DNA of 46,575 bases, from contig CAZSMN010000002.1 in NCBI GenBank assembly GCA_964607615.1, forward strand, positions 1 through 46,575, read 5' to 3'. This DNA is from an uncultured Chthoniobacterales bacterium (GTDB lineage Bacteria > Verrucomicrobiota > Verrucomicrobiia > Chthoniobacterales > Terrimicrobiaceae). Shown piece by piece: positions 34,788 to 43,592 of this stretch. A program made the position numbers and the translations under genes. The notes under the pieces are model-generated. The model saw nothing but the letters and a program-made list of their open reading frames with translations. It was not told where the DNA came from and searched no databases. Each line of letters starts with the position of its first letter. Position 1 is the stretch's first letter.

Positions 34788-35284
34788 GTGACGCCTGCAG
34801 AATTCTCCTGGTCGAGGATGATCCTGCCGACCTCGAGCTCACGCTTTCCGCTCTCTCGCGGTATGGCCTTGCCGAGCGCACGGTTGCGGTGAACTCCGGC
34901 GATGCGGCCCTCGATTACCTGTACCGGCGCGGCCGCTGGCGCGCGGGCCGGTCTGTCGAACCGGCCATCGTCCTTCTCGACCTCAAGATGCCGAAGGTAA
35001 GCGGATTCGACGTGCTGGCGGCCATCCGTTCCGAGCCTCACCTTCATGGTCTTCCGGTTGTTATCTTCACCTCTTCGGCGGAGAAATCGGACGTTCGTGC
35101 GTGCTATCGTGCCGGTGCGAGCGGGTATGTCGTGAAGCCGGGGGATCTCGAGAAATTCGTCACGGCGGTGCAAAATATCGTGCGCTTCTGGCTGCAGACG
35201 AACGTCCCGCCCCCGCTGTCAACAGGGCTTCCGCGGCGCCTTTCAAGGGCCAGAGCCGATGAAGCGGCTCTTCCTGTGAAATGA
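34784..35284 (+). CDS. Single-domain (Rcp1/CheY-like) response regulator
   Basis: ILLVEDDPADLEL.., VLLDLKMPKVSG, PVVIFTSS and GASGYVVKP. The ATG overlaps the upstream stop (ATGA). Confidence 0.9.
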   Translation: MSDACRILLVEDDPADLELTLSALSRYGLAERTVAVNSGDAALDYLYRRGRWRAGRSVEPAIVLLDLKMPKVSGFDVLAAIRSEPHLHGLPVVIFTSSAEKSDVRACYRAGASGYVVKPGDLEKFVTAVQNIVRFWLQTNVPPPLSTGLPRRLSRARADEAALPVK

Positions 35285-36519
35285 CGGAGCACCCCCATCT
35301 TCTGCATCTGGAGGACGACCCGATCGATGTCGAGCTGGTGCGCCTGCGTTTGGAGGCCGATGGCCTCCGGTGCACGATCCATGCGGTGCAGACGCGGAGG
35401 GACTTCCGTTCGGCGCTCGCCGCCGGCGGGATCGATCTCGTATTGGCGGACTACCGCTTGCCGGGCTTTGATGGCATGGAGGCTCTTTCAATGGTCAAGG
35501 AGATCGCTCCCGATCTTCCGTTCGTTCTCGTCTCGGGCTTTATCGGGGAGGAGTCTGCGGTTGAGGTGCTGAAGAGCGGCGCGACCGACTACATCCTCAA
35601 AGACCGGATGTCGCGGCTTGCTCCGGCGGTCCGCCGCGCGCTGGACGAGGCCCGCACGGGCCGCGAGGCCCGTGTGGCGCGTGAACTGGCGACGCGCTCG
35701 CAGAAGATGGAGATCTTTGCCCAGCTCGCCGGCGGCCTCGCGCACGACTTCAACAACATCCTGACGGTGATCGCTGCGAACTGCGGGCTTCTCCTAGAGA
35801 AGCTGCCTGCAAGAAGTGCCGCCCACAGCTACGCCGAACAGGCGGAGTCGGCGGCGGAGAAGGCTTCCGCCCTGGTCCGCCAGCTGCTGGTATTCAGCCG
35901 GCATGAGAGTCCGGCACCCGTGGAGTTTGACCTCAACGAACTCGTCGACACTTCGCAGAAGCTCCTCCGGCGCCTCCTCCCGAAGATGACGGCCCTCCAC
36001 GTTTGTCCTGCCCCGTCGGGGCTCGTCATCGTCGCCGATCCCGGCCGCGTCGAGCAGGTCCTGATGAACCTCGTCCTCAACGCGCGCGATGCCATGCCGG
36101 ATGGCGGCACGATCGAGGTCGCCACCGGCCGCGTGGCCCTCGACAGCGGCGACCCCGGCCTGCCTCCGGGAAATCTCGTTTCGCTGAGCGTCACCGATAC
36201 CGGCACGGGTATGACCGATGAGGTCAAGGCCAGGCTTTTTGAGCCCTTCTTCACAACGAAACCGCCCGGCGCCGGCACGGGCCTCGGCCTCATCACCTGC
36301 CAGCGGATCATCACAGAAGCCGGCGGCCGGATTTTGGCCTCCAGCGAACCGGGCAAAGGCTCGACCTTCACCGTGCTCCTCCCGGCGGCAGCCGTTCGGG
36401 AGCGTCCGGTCCGGGTCCTAGCCTCCCGCACCGCCCTTCCCGAGGAGGGCAAAAATGGCCTCGCGGAACCGGGTGATGGAAAACGGCTTTCCAAGAAACC
36501 CGGAGTGCTCGATGCGTGA
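35281..36519 (+). CDS. REC-HisKA-HATPase hybrid histidine kinase
   Basis: N-terminal receiver (LLHLEDDPIDVEL.., LVLADYRLPGFDG), H-box FAQLAGGLAHDFNNILT, and ATPase boxes (NLVLNARDAM, DTGTGM, GTGLGLITCQRI). ATGA overlap with the upstream gene. The last ~34 codons overlap the convergent regulator gene. Confidence 0.9.
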   Translation: MTEHPHLLHLEDDPIDVELVRLRLEADGLRCTIHAVQTRRDFRSALAAGGIDLVLADYRLPGFDGMEALSMVKEIAPDLPFVLVSGFIGEESAVEVLKSGATDYILKDRMSRLAPAVRRALDEARTGREARVARELATRSQKMEIFAQLAGGLAHDFNNILTVIAANCGLLLEKLPARSAAHSYAEQAESAAEKASALVRQLLVFSRHESPAPVEFDLNELVDTSQKLLRRLLPKMTALHVCPAPSGLVIVADPGRVEQVLMNLVLNARDAMPDGGTIEVATGRVALDSGDPGLPPGNLVSLSVTDTGTGMTDEVKARLFEPFFTTKPPGAGTGLGLITCQRIITEAGGRILASSEPGKGSTFTVLLPAAAVRERPVRVLASRTALPEEGKNGLAEPGDGKRLSKKPGVLDA

Positions 36520-36828
36520 GGCCTGAAGGACCGCGTCGGAGTCTGGCGTGCCGGAGATGAAGAGCACGGGGGTCCGGATCCCGCGCTTCCGCAGTCCTTC
36601 GATGAAATCGATCCCGCTGGCATTGGGGAAGCGGTAGTCGCAGATGATGAGCCCGATGGCGGGATCCGTAGCGGCCTCCTCGGCGGAGGACGGGTCGAGC
36701 CGCAGCATCAGCCGCACGGTGTTCATGCTCTCGGTCAGCGCCCTCAGGGTGCAGAGCACGTCCGGGTCGTCGTCAACGATGAGGATGGGTGGCAGTCGGG
36801 TAATCGAGGGGTTGTGCAGTGTTTTCAT
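36418..36828 (-). CDS. REC-only response regulator
   Basis: ILIVDDDPDVLCTL.., GLIICDYRFPNASG, PVLFISGT and GFLGKPFS. It is the last gene of the polysaccharide gene train. Confidence 0.85.
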   Translation of the reverse strand: MKTLHNPSITRLPPILIVDDDPDVLCTLRALTESMNTVRLMLRLDPSSAEEAATDPAIGLIICDYRFPNASGIDFIEGLRKRGIRTPVLFISGTPDSDAVLQASRIEHSGFLGKPFSITRFREAIFALLGKGGAGG

Positions 36829-38008
36829 GGGGTCGGAAGGATCTTATCGTTTGGCTGTTTTCCGGGGATCTGCCGAGCAGCTGCGCGTGGAGGATGTGGA
36901 GGATCTTTGCGGCCGCGCGGCCGTCGCCATAGATGCTCGAGCCGGCGGTCATCTTCTCGCGTTCCTCCTGCGAGGAGAGGAGGAGGTCGGCCGCGTCGAA
37001 GACATCGTCCGCCGCGGTTCCGACCAGGCGGAGCGTGCCGGCCCGGACGCCTTCGGGACGCTCGGTCTCCCGTCGCAGCACGAGGACGGGCTTGCCCAGG
37101 GCGGTCGCCTCTTCCTGCACGCCGCCGGAATCCGAAAGCACCAGATAGGCCCGCTGGAGCACGGAGAGGAAGGCGTCATAGTCGAGCGGCTCGCAGAGCC
37201 TGACCTGACCTTTGGCGGCGAGGATGGGAACGATGGCCTCGCGGACAGCGGGATTCGGATGCAGAGGGAGGAGCACGCGGAGCCGTTCGTGCCGGTCGCA
37301 GAGCCGGGCGATCGCGCGGGCCACATTGACCATCGGCTGTCCGAGGTTCTCGCGGCGGTGGATGGTGACGAGGATCAGGCGTTCGTCCGGTTCGAGGTCA
37401 TCGAGCAGCGGACAGGGAAGATCCTTGAGCCGCGCGACCATCCAGTGCAGCGCATCGACGACGGTGTTTCCGCAGACGTGGATATCCTGCGGGGCGATGC
37501 CCTCGGCCAGAAGCTCCGCACGGGAGTTCTCAGTCGGCGCAAAATGCCAGGCGGCCAGACGCCCGAGCAGCACGCGGTTGAGCTCTTCGGGGAAGGGAGA
37601 GTAGCGGTCGTGCGACCTCAGCCCGGCCTCGACGTGGGCGACCGGGATCTTGTGGTAGAACGCGCAGAGGGCGCCGATCAAGGCGCTCGTCGTGTCGCCC
37701 TGTACCACCACCGCTTCAAAGTGTGTTCGGTGAAAAAGGGAGCCCAGCCCGGTCGAGAGATTTGCGGTGAGATCCCAGAGCGACTGCCTCGGACGCATCA
37801 CATCGAGGTCGATATCCGGCACGAGCCCGAAGCTGTCGAGGACGCGCGTGACCATCTCCCGGTGCTGGGAGGTCGAGATGATGACCGGAGCGAGCTCCGA
37901 GGAGGCGGCGAGCGCGAGGATGACCGGAGCGAGCTTGATCGCCTCCGGACGCGTGCCGACGATGATGGCGACCGGCTTGCGGTGCCCGTTGTGGGAGTGG
38001 TTGTTCAT
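36773..38008 (-). CDS. wecB: UDP-N-acetylglucosamine 2-epimerase (non-hydrolysing)
   Basis: VAIIVGTRPEAIKLAPV, HVEAGLRSHDRYSPFPEE.NR, LVTIHRRENLG and SDSGGVQEEA..LGKPVLVLR are the canonical epimerase_2 blocks. The ATG overlaps the upstream stop (ATGA). Confidence 0.9.
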   Translation of the reverse strand: MNNHSHNGHRKPVAIIVGTRPEAIKLAPVILALAASSELAPVIISTSQHREMVTRVLDSFGLVPDIDLDVMRPRQSLWDLTANLSTGLGSLFHRTHFEAVVVQGDTTSALIGALCAFYHKIPVAHVEAGLRSHDRYSPFPEELNRVLLGRLAAWHFAPTENSRAELLAEGIAPQDIHVCGNTVVDALHWMVARLKDLPCPLLDDLEPDERLILVTIHRRENLGQPMVNVARAIARLCDRHERLRVLLPLHPNPAVREAIVPILAAKGQVRLCEPLDYDAFLSVLQRAYLVLSDSGGVQEEATALGKPVLVLRRETERPEGVRAGTLRLVGTAADDVFDAADLLLSSQEEREKMTAGSSIYGDGRAAAKILHILHAQLLGRSPENSQTIRSFRPHENTAQPLDYPTATHPHR

Positions 38009-40674
38009 GGTCGTGGCTGAAGTTGGAATTTTGCCCCGGCGCCGTCGCAGCGCTCGTAGACCTCGGTGAGATCGTCGGCGGTCGGCAGCTGCCGCAGGCC
38101 GAAGACCGGGCAGCTGCCATCGACTTCGGAAAGGAAGATGCCGGATCGCTCCGGGAATCCCGGCGCGAGCACGCCGGCGGTTTTCAGCAGAGGGTGCGGC
38201 GTGGCATTCCGTCGGCAGGCGGTGAGCCCGGACGTCGCGAGCAGGCCGTCCCAGATCTGCTCCCGGGTGAGAACATTAAGCTGGATCAGCAGGTGGTCGA
38301 TCGGGCCGGCAATGAGCTTCTGCATCGCTTTCACGCGCTCCATGCCTTCCTCCGAGAGCATCCGTTCGTTTCTCAGCCATCCCAGAAGCGCGTTCTCGGC
38401 GAGGCGGAGCTCCATGAACTTGCGCCAGAGCCGCCGGAAGACGGGCGGCGAACCGGCACAGAGGGATACCTTGTGTGAGATCTCGATGCGTTGGAGGACG
38501 TCGGGATGGACAGATTCTCCCACCGCCACCAGGCCGCCGATGAGCGGGACAAGAAGATGGACTTCGCAGAAAAGGCAGCCCCAGCGGGAGGCTTGCTCGG
38601 TATCGATCGCCCGTGCGCTGAGGTCGGCCGGCGAGACGCCGAGATGCTTTGCAAACAGATGGCTGGCCTCCTGCTCGCTGATGATGTTCAGGCTGATCAG
38701 CGCATCCGCCAGGGACCGCCGCCGGGTAAACTGGAACTCAAGAACCGCCCTCTGATCCTCCGGCCGCAGCGTGCGGAGCACGCTTTCGAAACAGTCGTAG
38801 CCTGTTTTCTTGAGGCTCCGCCTCGGATACAGGTTCTGCCGCAGGCAAAGGAGGTTTGTCGGCCGTCCAAGAAAAACGCGGATGGGATTTCCGACAACGG
38901 CGGAGACCCGGTCAACGTCCTCCCGGGACGGAGGCTCCTCGAAGAGGAATCCGACCGCCTCGCTTTCCTTGTTCCCGCAGGGCATCGCATGGTAGTGGAC
39001 GGCATATTCTTCCGTCCAGACGTCCAGACGTTCCACGGGCACATCACCGGGTATGACGAGCTGCGGGGGAAGCCCGGAGAACCTCGACCAGATGCCGGTG
39101 AACTGCTCCTCGTCGATCAGGTTCATCCTGAGAAGGGCCTCGGGCGCGGAGAATCCGGCGTGCTCGGACATGATCTTCTCGAGCGCCGGCCGCTCGATCA
39201 AGCCCTCTTCCACGATGAGGTCTTCGACCGACCGGGTGAACTCCGCCAGCGTCGCCTCATCCGGGAATGCGTGCGTCGTCTTGGTCCACGCAAGCGGGCG
39301 GTTGAAAAACCGGTGCCCCGCGTACAGCCATCCGGCGCGGAGGGTGGCGCTCATGTTCACGACGTTCACCACCGGGTAGCGAAGGATCGCAAAGAGGGCG
39401 AGGCGGAGGCCGTAGATCTCCGAGACGAAAGCGACCTTCTGGGCGACCCGGTAAACGAGAAGCGCTGTATCCACGAGAACGATCCTCCAGAGCAGACCCT
39501 CGGGGGTGAAGAGCGGACGCAGGAAGATCGAGTTGCGCCACTCCAGGTGCAGCAGGATAAACTCGGCCAGCACGTAAAGGATCACGATGTAGCCGGCGGC
39601 GTTGATACAATGGACAAGCGGCGCGCGCCGGTCGCGGACGAGCGTGTATTTCACGGCGGCAGAGCCCCACCATCCGCCGCGCTCCCAGCCCTGGAAGGCC
39701 GTGCCGACAATCCAGCGCGCCTTCTGTTTGACCGCATGGCGGAAGGTGGTTGGAAAATTCTCGCGCACTGCGACGGGCTCGCTGACCATCCGCGTGCCGG
39801 TGACGTTGCCCTTGGGATCCCTGGTTTTCACCTCGCGCTCGACGTAGAAGTCGACAAACCCCGCGCGGAACCCGCTCCGGCAGAGCTCGAGGCCCATCAT
39901 GTAATCCTCCGCGAGGTTGCCGACCTGGAAGGGGCCTCCGCCATGCTTCTCGTCGAGAAAGTCGAGCGCCTTGCGGGAGATGGCAGTGCCGACCCCGGCC
40001 GAGGGAACGACCCCGCCCATCACCTCGCGGGAATACATGTCCTTCATGTGCCACTCGGAGAACTCATCCATGTAGGTGTTGCCGACCCAGTATTTCCAGG
40101 GGTCGAGCTCGAGCGGGAAGACCGGGATCTGCCCCATGTCGAAGGTCCGCGGGACGTGGTAGTTGTAAACCTTGAGGGTGAGCGGGTGGATGATGTCCTC
40201 CGCATCATGGAGCGCAATGATGCGGTATTCGCGCCGGCCTGCGACCTCGTGGGCCTTCATCGCCTCGAAGATCGCGTTGAGGCAGTCGGCCTTTGACGTC
40301 GGCCCGTTACTTTTGGTGACCGCCTTGTGGATCCTGGGATTCGACGCGACGAGCAGGTCGACGCACCGGCCCGTTTCCGCGTCGTTCGGATAGACGCCGA
40401 TGAAGATGTCGTAGCGGTCGTAGAGGAGGATACGGCTGGCGTAATCCGCCATACGGTTGATGATGCCGCCCTCATTCCATGCGGGGACGAAGATGGCGAT
40501 GAGCTGCTCCGGCTCGTTTTTAAGCTGTTCGAGCGTGACGCTCGGGCGCTTCCGTTTCTTCCGCAGGTACCTCAGGAACTGGAGGTCGAAGAACACATCA
40601 TCGAGGCCGAAAACAAAGAATCCGATCGCTGCGATGTAGGCCAGAACGAGAAAGATGTAATAGAGGATATCCAT
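38005..40674 (-). CDS. nfrB: NfrB-type membrane glycosyltransferase (GT2) with C-terminal T2SSE_N/MshEN-like repeats
   Basis: Collinear with E. coli NfrB as recalled: GLDDVFFD, PAWNEGGII, YDIFIGVYPND, GPTSKADCLNAIF, LHDAEDIIHP, YMDEFSEWHMKD, VPSAGVGTAISR, VRENFPTTFRHAVKQKARWIVGTAFQGW and AWTKTTHAFP. These are followed by ~400 aa of GLIxxxxL-type helical repeats. Confidence 0.85.
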   Translation of the reverse strand: MDILYYIFLVLAYIAAIGFFVFGLDDVFFDLQFLRYLRKKRKRPSVTLEQLKNEPEQLIAIFVPAWNEGGIINRMADYASRILLYDRYDIFIGVYPNDAETGRCVDLLVASNPRIHKAVTKSNGPTSKADCLNAIFEAMKAHEVAGRREYRIIALHDAEDIIHPLTLKVYNYHVPRTFDMGQIPVFPLELDPWKYWVGNTYMDEFSEWHMKDMYSREVMGGVVPSAGVGTAISRKALDFLDEKHGGGPFQVGNLAEDYMMGLELCRSGFRAGFVDFYVEREVKTRDPKGNVTGTRMVSEPVAVRENFPTTFRHAVKQKARWIVGTAFQGWERGGWWGSAAVKYTLVRDRRAPLVHCINAAGYIVILYVLAEFILLHLEWRNSIFLRPLFTPEGLLWRIVLVDTALLVYRVAQKVAFVSEIYGLRLALFAILRYPVVNVVNMSATLRAGWLYAGHRFFNRPLAWTKTTHAFPDEATLAEFTRSVEDLIVEEGLIERPALEKIMSEHAGFSAPEALLRMNLIDEEQFTGIWSRFSGLPPQLVIPGDVPVERLDVWTEEYAVHYHAMPCGNKESEAVGFLFEEPPSREDVDRVSAVVGNPIRVFLGRPTNLLCLRQNLYPRRSLKKTGYDCFESVLRTLRPEDQRAVLEFQFTRRRSLADALISLNIISEQEASHLFAKHLGVSPADLSARAIDTEQASRWGCLFCEVHLLVPLIGGLVAVGESVHPDVLQRIEISHKVSLCAGSPPVFRRLWRKFMELRLAENALLGWLRNERMLSEEGMERVKAMQKLIAGPIDHLLIQLNVLTREQIWDGLLATSGLTACRRNATPHPLLKTAGVLAPGFPERSGIFLSEVDGSCPVFGLRQLPTADDLTEVYERCDGAGAKFQLQPRP

Positions 40675-40680
40675 GGCAAT

Positions 40681-42333
40681 CTACCAGCGGAGGCTGAGCG
40701 AGACGGTGATCCGGAAGTCGGAGTAGGTGGCGCCGGCATTTCCGCGCGAGTTGTTGTCGTTCCGTCCGAGGTAGGCGCCGCCCAAATATTCGAAGTTGCT
40801 CGAGAGGATCGCCCCCGGAAGGGGAGCCGCGAGCAGGCGTACGCCGGGGCCGGCCTCGAAGTAGTTGTCGTAGTAGTTGCCCGCGCTGTCGAAGGTCAAA
40901 TTCTCGACGACGTAGGCATCGGCCGAGAGCGCCCGGCCGCACTGGAGGAATCGGAATCCCTGACGGGATTGGAGGTAGCAGAGAAAGTCGGAAAGCCGCG
41001 TGTAGTAGGCGGCATCCCCGCCGGCCTCGGCGAACCAGTCGAGGCGCAGGCGGAAGGGAGTCGCGGGCTGCCACGACCAGGCGCCCGTACCTTCCACGGG
41101 CCGCATGGCAAGCTGCTCCGCCGTGAGCTCCTGTTCGCCAGCGACGTCGAGCCAACGGCTTCCTGGGCCCCATGCCCACCAGCCGTTGACGCCGGCGATG
41201 AGCTCTGCAAACCAGTCTCCATGGTGATCCTCCGTCCCGAGGAGATCCTTCTGCACGCCGCCGAGAACGTAGAGGACGAAGGTCTGGGAGGCGAAGGGCC
41301 GCACCCGAACACCCGCGTGGAAGCCGGCGAGGTTCTCGTTGTAGATCGTCGTGATGCCCTCACCGGTCTTCGATCCCGTATCGAGCGTGAAATCGGCCTG
41401 CACGAACGGCTCGATCCACCTGGCGCCCGGAACGAATGTTCCTTCGCGGAGCCTGCCGGAGGCGACGCCGATCTGGTAGCGCGTGAGGTAGGTCGCGTAG
41501 AGGTCGAGCTCGCCCCAGAAGTGACGGTCGAGGTTGAGGGCGGGAGCCAGCGCGGCGATCTCGGCGGCGGCGCGGGACCTGGCGGCTGGATCGCTCCCGC
41601 CGCCGCGAATGTTGGCGAAGACCGCGAACGCCTCGGCATGCCTGCCCGATTTTTGCAGGAGGTAGGCAAGCGTGAGCGCCTCGCTGTCGCTGAGGCGTCC
41701 GCGATCGTTCAACTCCTGAAGCACATCGCAGGCCTCGGCGAGCCGGCCCTGCCGCTGGAGAGCATAGGCTTTCTCGATGAGAAGCGGGTCGGTCGCCTCG
41801 CCGCGGCTGGCGAGGGCGTCGACCGCCGTTACGATGGCGTCGTTGTTTTTCTGGGCGACGAGGGTGAAGACGCGCTGCTGCCGGTCAAGGCGCGCCTGAC
41901 GGGCCCGGAGCTCCGCCTGCACGGCCGGATCGGGAGCGGCACCGCCGGTGCCTTTTGCGGCCTCGCGCTCGGCGGCCTCGCTGCGGTCGAGCGCCGCGAG
42001 GCTCGCGCGCGCTTTGGCTGCCATCGTCGCATCCCACGATTTGCCGAGCATCTGGAGGTTCTCGCGGGCGGGGGCCGTCTGTCCGTCAAAAACCTGCTCG
42101 GCGGCGAGCCGGAAGCGGAGGCTCTCGTTTCCGGGTTCCGCCTCGACCAGCGGCCGGAGCACGGCGGCCGCGTCTTTGTGACGCCCGGCGGCGGAGAGCG
42201 TGCCGGCCACCTCGACCGGGTTCGAAAGGGATGGCGGGGGATTCTCCCTGGCCTCCGGCGGGGCGGACGGTTCGGCGGCGGTGCAGGGGGCGAGAAGTGC
42301 GGCGGCCAGGAGAGGCCCGATCATCCGGTTCAT
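40681..42333 (-). CDS. TPR-containing outer-membrane polysaccharide export protein (NfrA/PgaA/BcsC-like)
   Basis: Signal peptide from ATG 42333 (MNRMIGPLLAAALLAPCTA). An Ala/Leu/Arg-rich TPR-like N-terminal half and an aromatic-rich beta-strand C-terminal half ending ..FRITVSLSLRW (terminal aromatic). ATGA overlap with the upstream gene. Confidence 0.6.
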   Translation of the reverse strand: MNRMIGPLLAAALLAPCTAAEPSAPPEARENPPPSLSNPVEVAGTLSAAGRHKDAAAVLRPLVEAEPGNESLRFRLAAEQVFDGQTAPARENLQMLGKSWDATMAAKARASLAALDRSEAAEREAAKGTGGAAPDPAVQAELRARQARLDRQQRVFTLVAQKNNDAIVTAVDALASRGEATDPLLIEKAYALQRQGRLAEACDVLQELNDRGRLSDSEALTLAYLLQKSGRHAEAFAVFANIRGGGSDPAARSRAAAEIAALAPALNLDRHFWGELDLYATYLTRYQIGVASGRLREGTFVPGARWIEPFVQADFTLDTGSKTGEGITTIYNENLAGFHAGVRVRPFASQTFVLYVLGGVQKDLLGTEDHHGDWFAELIAGVNGWWAWGPGSRWLDVAGEQELTAEQLAMRPVEGTGAWSWQPATPFRLRLDWFAEAGGDAAYYTRLSDFLCYLQSRQGFRFLQCGRALSADAYVVENLTFDSAGNYYDNYFEAGPGVRLLAAPLPGAILSSNFEYLGGAYLGRNDNNSRGNAGATYSDFRITVSLSLRW

Positions 42334-43592
42334 TGTTTTGTCAGGCTTTCCATTGGAAGGTTCGGCATGCCGGTCGATTGTGCGGCATCGACGATGTCGC
42401 GCATTTGCTGGAACGGGAGCCATGCGGGGATGGCGACCCCGGCGATGCTGTCCCGCAAGGCGGAGAGGCCGGCGACCTCTCCGGTGAGGGTGCGAAGATG
42501 GACGGCTTCGCCGGTTGGCGGGTTGATATTCAGCGGAAGCACCGGCCAGCCCTCGTCGGTGACGAGGAGCGTCGTGGCGTGGAAGGCGGACCGGGGCTCG
42601 CCGGGCTCGGCCAGCAGGGTGCCGAGCAGATAGCCGTCAGGCTTCGCTGCCAGCGGTGCCGCCGGCTCGATTCCGCCTTCGCCGGGAAGTTCCCAGCCGG
42701 AGGTTGTAATTCCCGCATCGGCGAGGGAGCCGGGAATCGAGGGTGTGACGGCGCCCCGGAGGATGATCCGGCCTCCGTGCGACTGTGCATATTTCAATGC
42801 ACCGACGAAGTCGTCACGAGGCATCAGGCGATCGCCCGGCACGTTGTCGAGTTGGGTCGAGACGACAAAACCGATCCGGCGGGCCGAGAAATAGTCAACG
42901 ATCCGCCGCAGCGCGGCCGGATCCGATCCCGGGTGGAAATTCTGAATCGCGAAGAAGAGCCCGCGCGGACGAGGGGCGGCAATACCATAAAAATCGAGCA
43001 GGAGGTCGGAGAAGAGCGCGGAGGCGGGGAAGGAGCCGGGTAGCGTGCCGAAGCCGTACACCGAACCTGAGCGCCAGATGAGAGGCCGGGGACTGCCTTG
43101 GGGCGTCGCCATGGCCTCGGACGGCTTGCCCGGACCGGGAAAAAAGGGATCGAGCCGCATTTTCCATTCGAGGCCCCGGTAGACGACGGTCGCATTCGCG
43201 ATCACGGCGGGGTAGGCCTTGGGGGCGGGCGCCCCGGCGAGCGGCGTCGCCCAGCCGATGGCAAGGAGCGGCCGGGCGGTCCGAGCCAGGGCTGCCTTCG
43301 CTTCTGGAGCCAGCGATGGAGCGCTGCACATGCCGGCAACGACCAGATAGTCCGCAGCCTCGATGTCTGTCCCGGTCACGGCGTCTGCCGTGTGCGCCAC
43401 GACCGCCGTTCCAAAGCGTGCGAGCATGAGCCGGATCGGGGCGATTTCGTTGACGAGGGAGAACGGCTTGGCCGGCGCATCGTAGATGACAAGCGTCGTT
43501 CGGTTGCCGGCTCCGGCAGCCATTGCCGTCGCCGGAGGTCCGCCAGCGCTTGCAAGGGCCGCACCGATCGTGACGGCGATGAGCGATCTCAT
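42330..43592 (-). CDS. Exported DUF2334-like protein, apparently degenerate paralogue of 18179-19777
   Basis: Signal peptide MRSLIAVTIGAALASA. It has the same layout as the 18179-19777 protein (LVIYDAP.. versus LVLYDND..). The central block FFAIQNFHPGSDPAALRRIVDYFSARRIGFVVS aligns with FFRVEDVSPEADITVLKKVGDTLAAMNVPFTIS. Confidence 0.55.
   Translation of the reverse strand: MRSLIAVTIGAALASAGGPPATAMAAGAGNRTTLVIYDAPAKPFSLVNEIAPIRLMLARFGTAVVAHTADAVTGTDIEAADYLVVAGMCSAPSLAPEAKAALARTARPLLAIGWATPLAGAPAPKAYPAVIANATVVYRGLEWKMRLDPFFPGPGKPSEAMATPQGSPRPLIWRSGSVYGFGTLPGSFPASALFSDLLLDFYGIAAPRPRGLFFAIQNFHPGSDPAALRRIVDYFSARRIGFVVSTQLDNVPGDRLMPRDDFVGALKYAQSHGGRIILRGAVTPSIPGSLADAGITTSGWELPGEGGIEPAAPLAAKPDGYLLGTLLAEPGEPRSAFHATTLLVTDEGWPVLPLNINPPTGEAVHLRTLTGEVAGLSALRDSIAGVAIPAWLPFQQMRDIVDAAQSTGMPNLPMESLTKQ

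Noticed and set aside
40327-42633. Very long antisense ORFs opposite strong genes. Examples: 40327-42633 (+, 768 aa), 38491-40296 (+, 601 aa), 6771-8117 (+, 448 aa), 8111-9517 (+, 468 aa), 30698-32044 (+, 448 aa), 42895-44082 (-, 395 aa), 16006-17121 (-, 371 aa)
   Set aside because: These are typical GC-rich shadow frames. They have Arg/Gly/Ala/Pro/Asp-dominated composition and no recognisable motifs. Each lies entirely over a gene on the other strand or frame that has clear family signatures.
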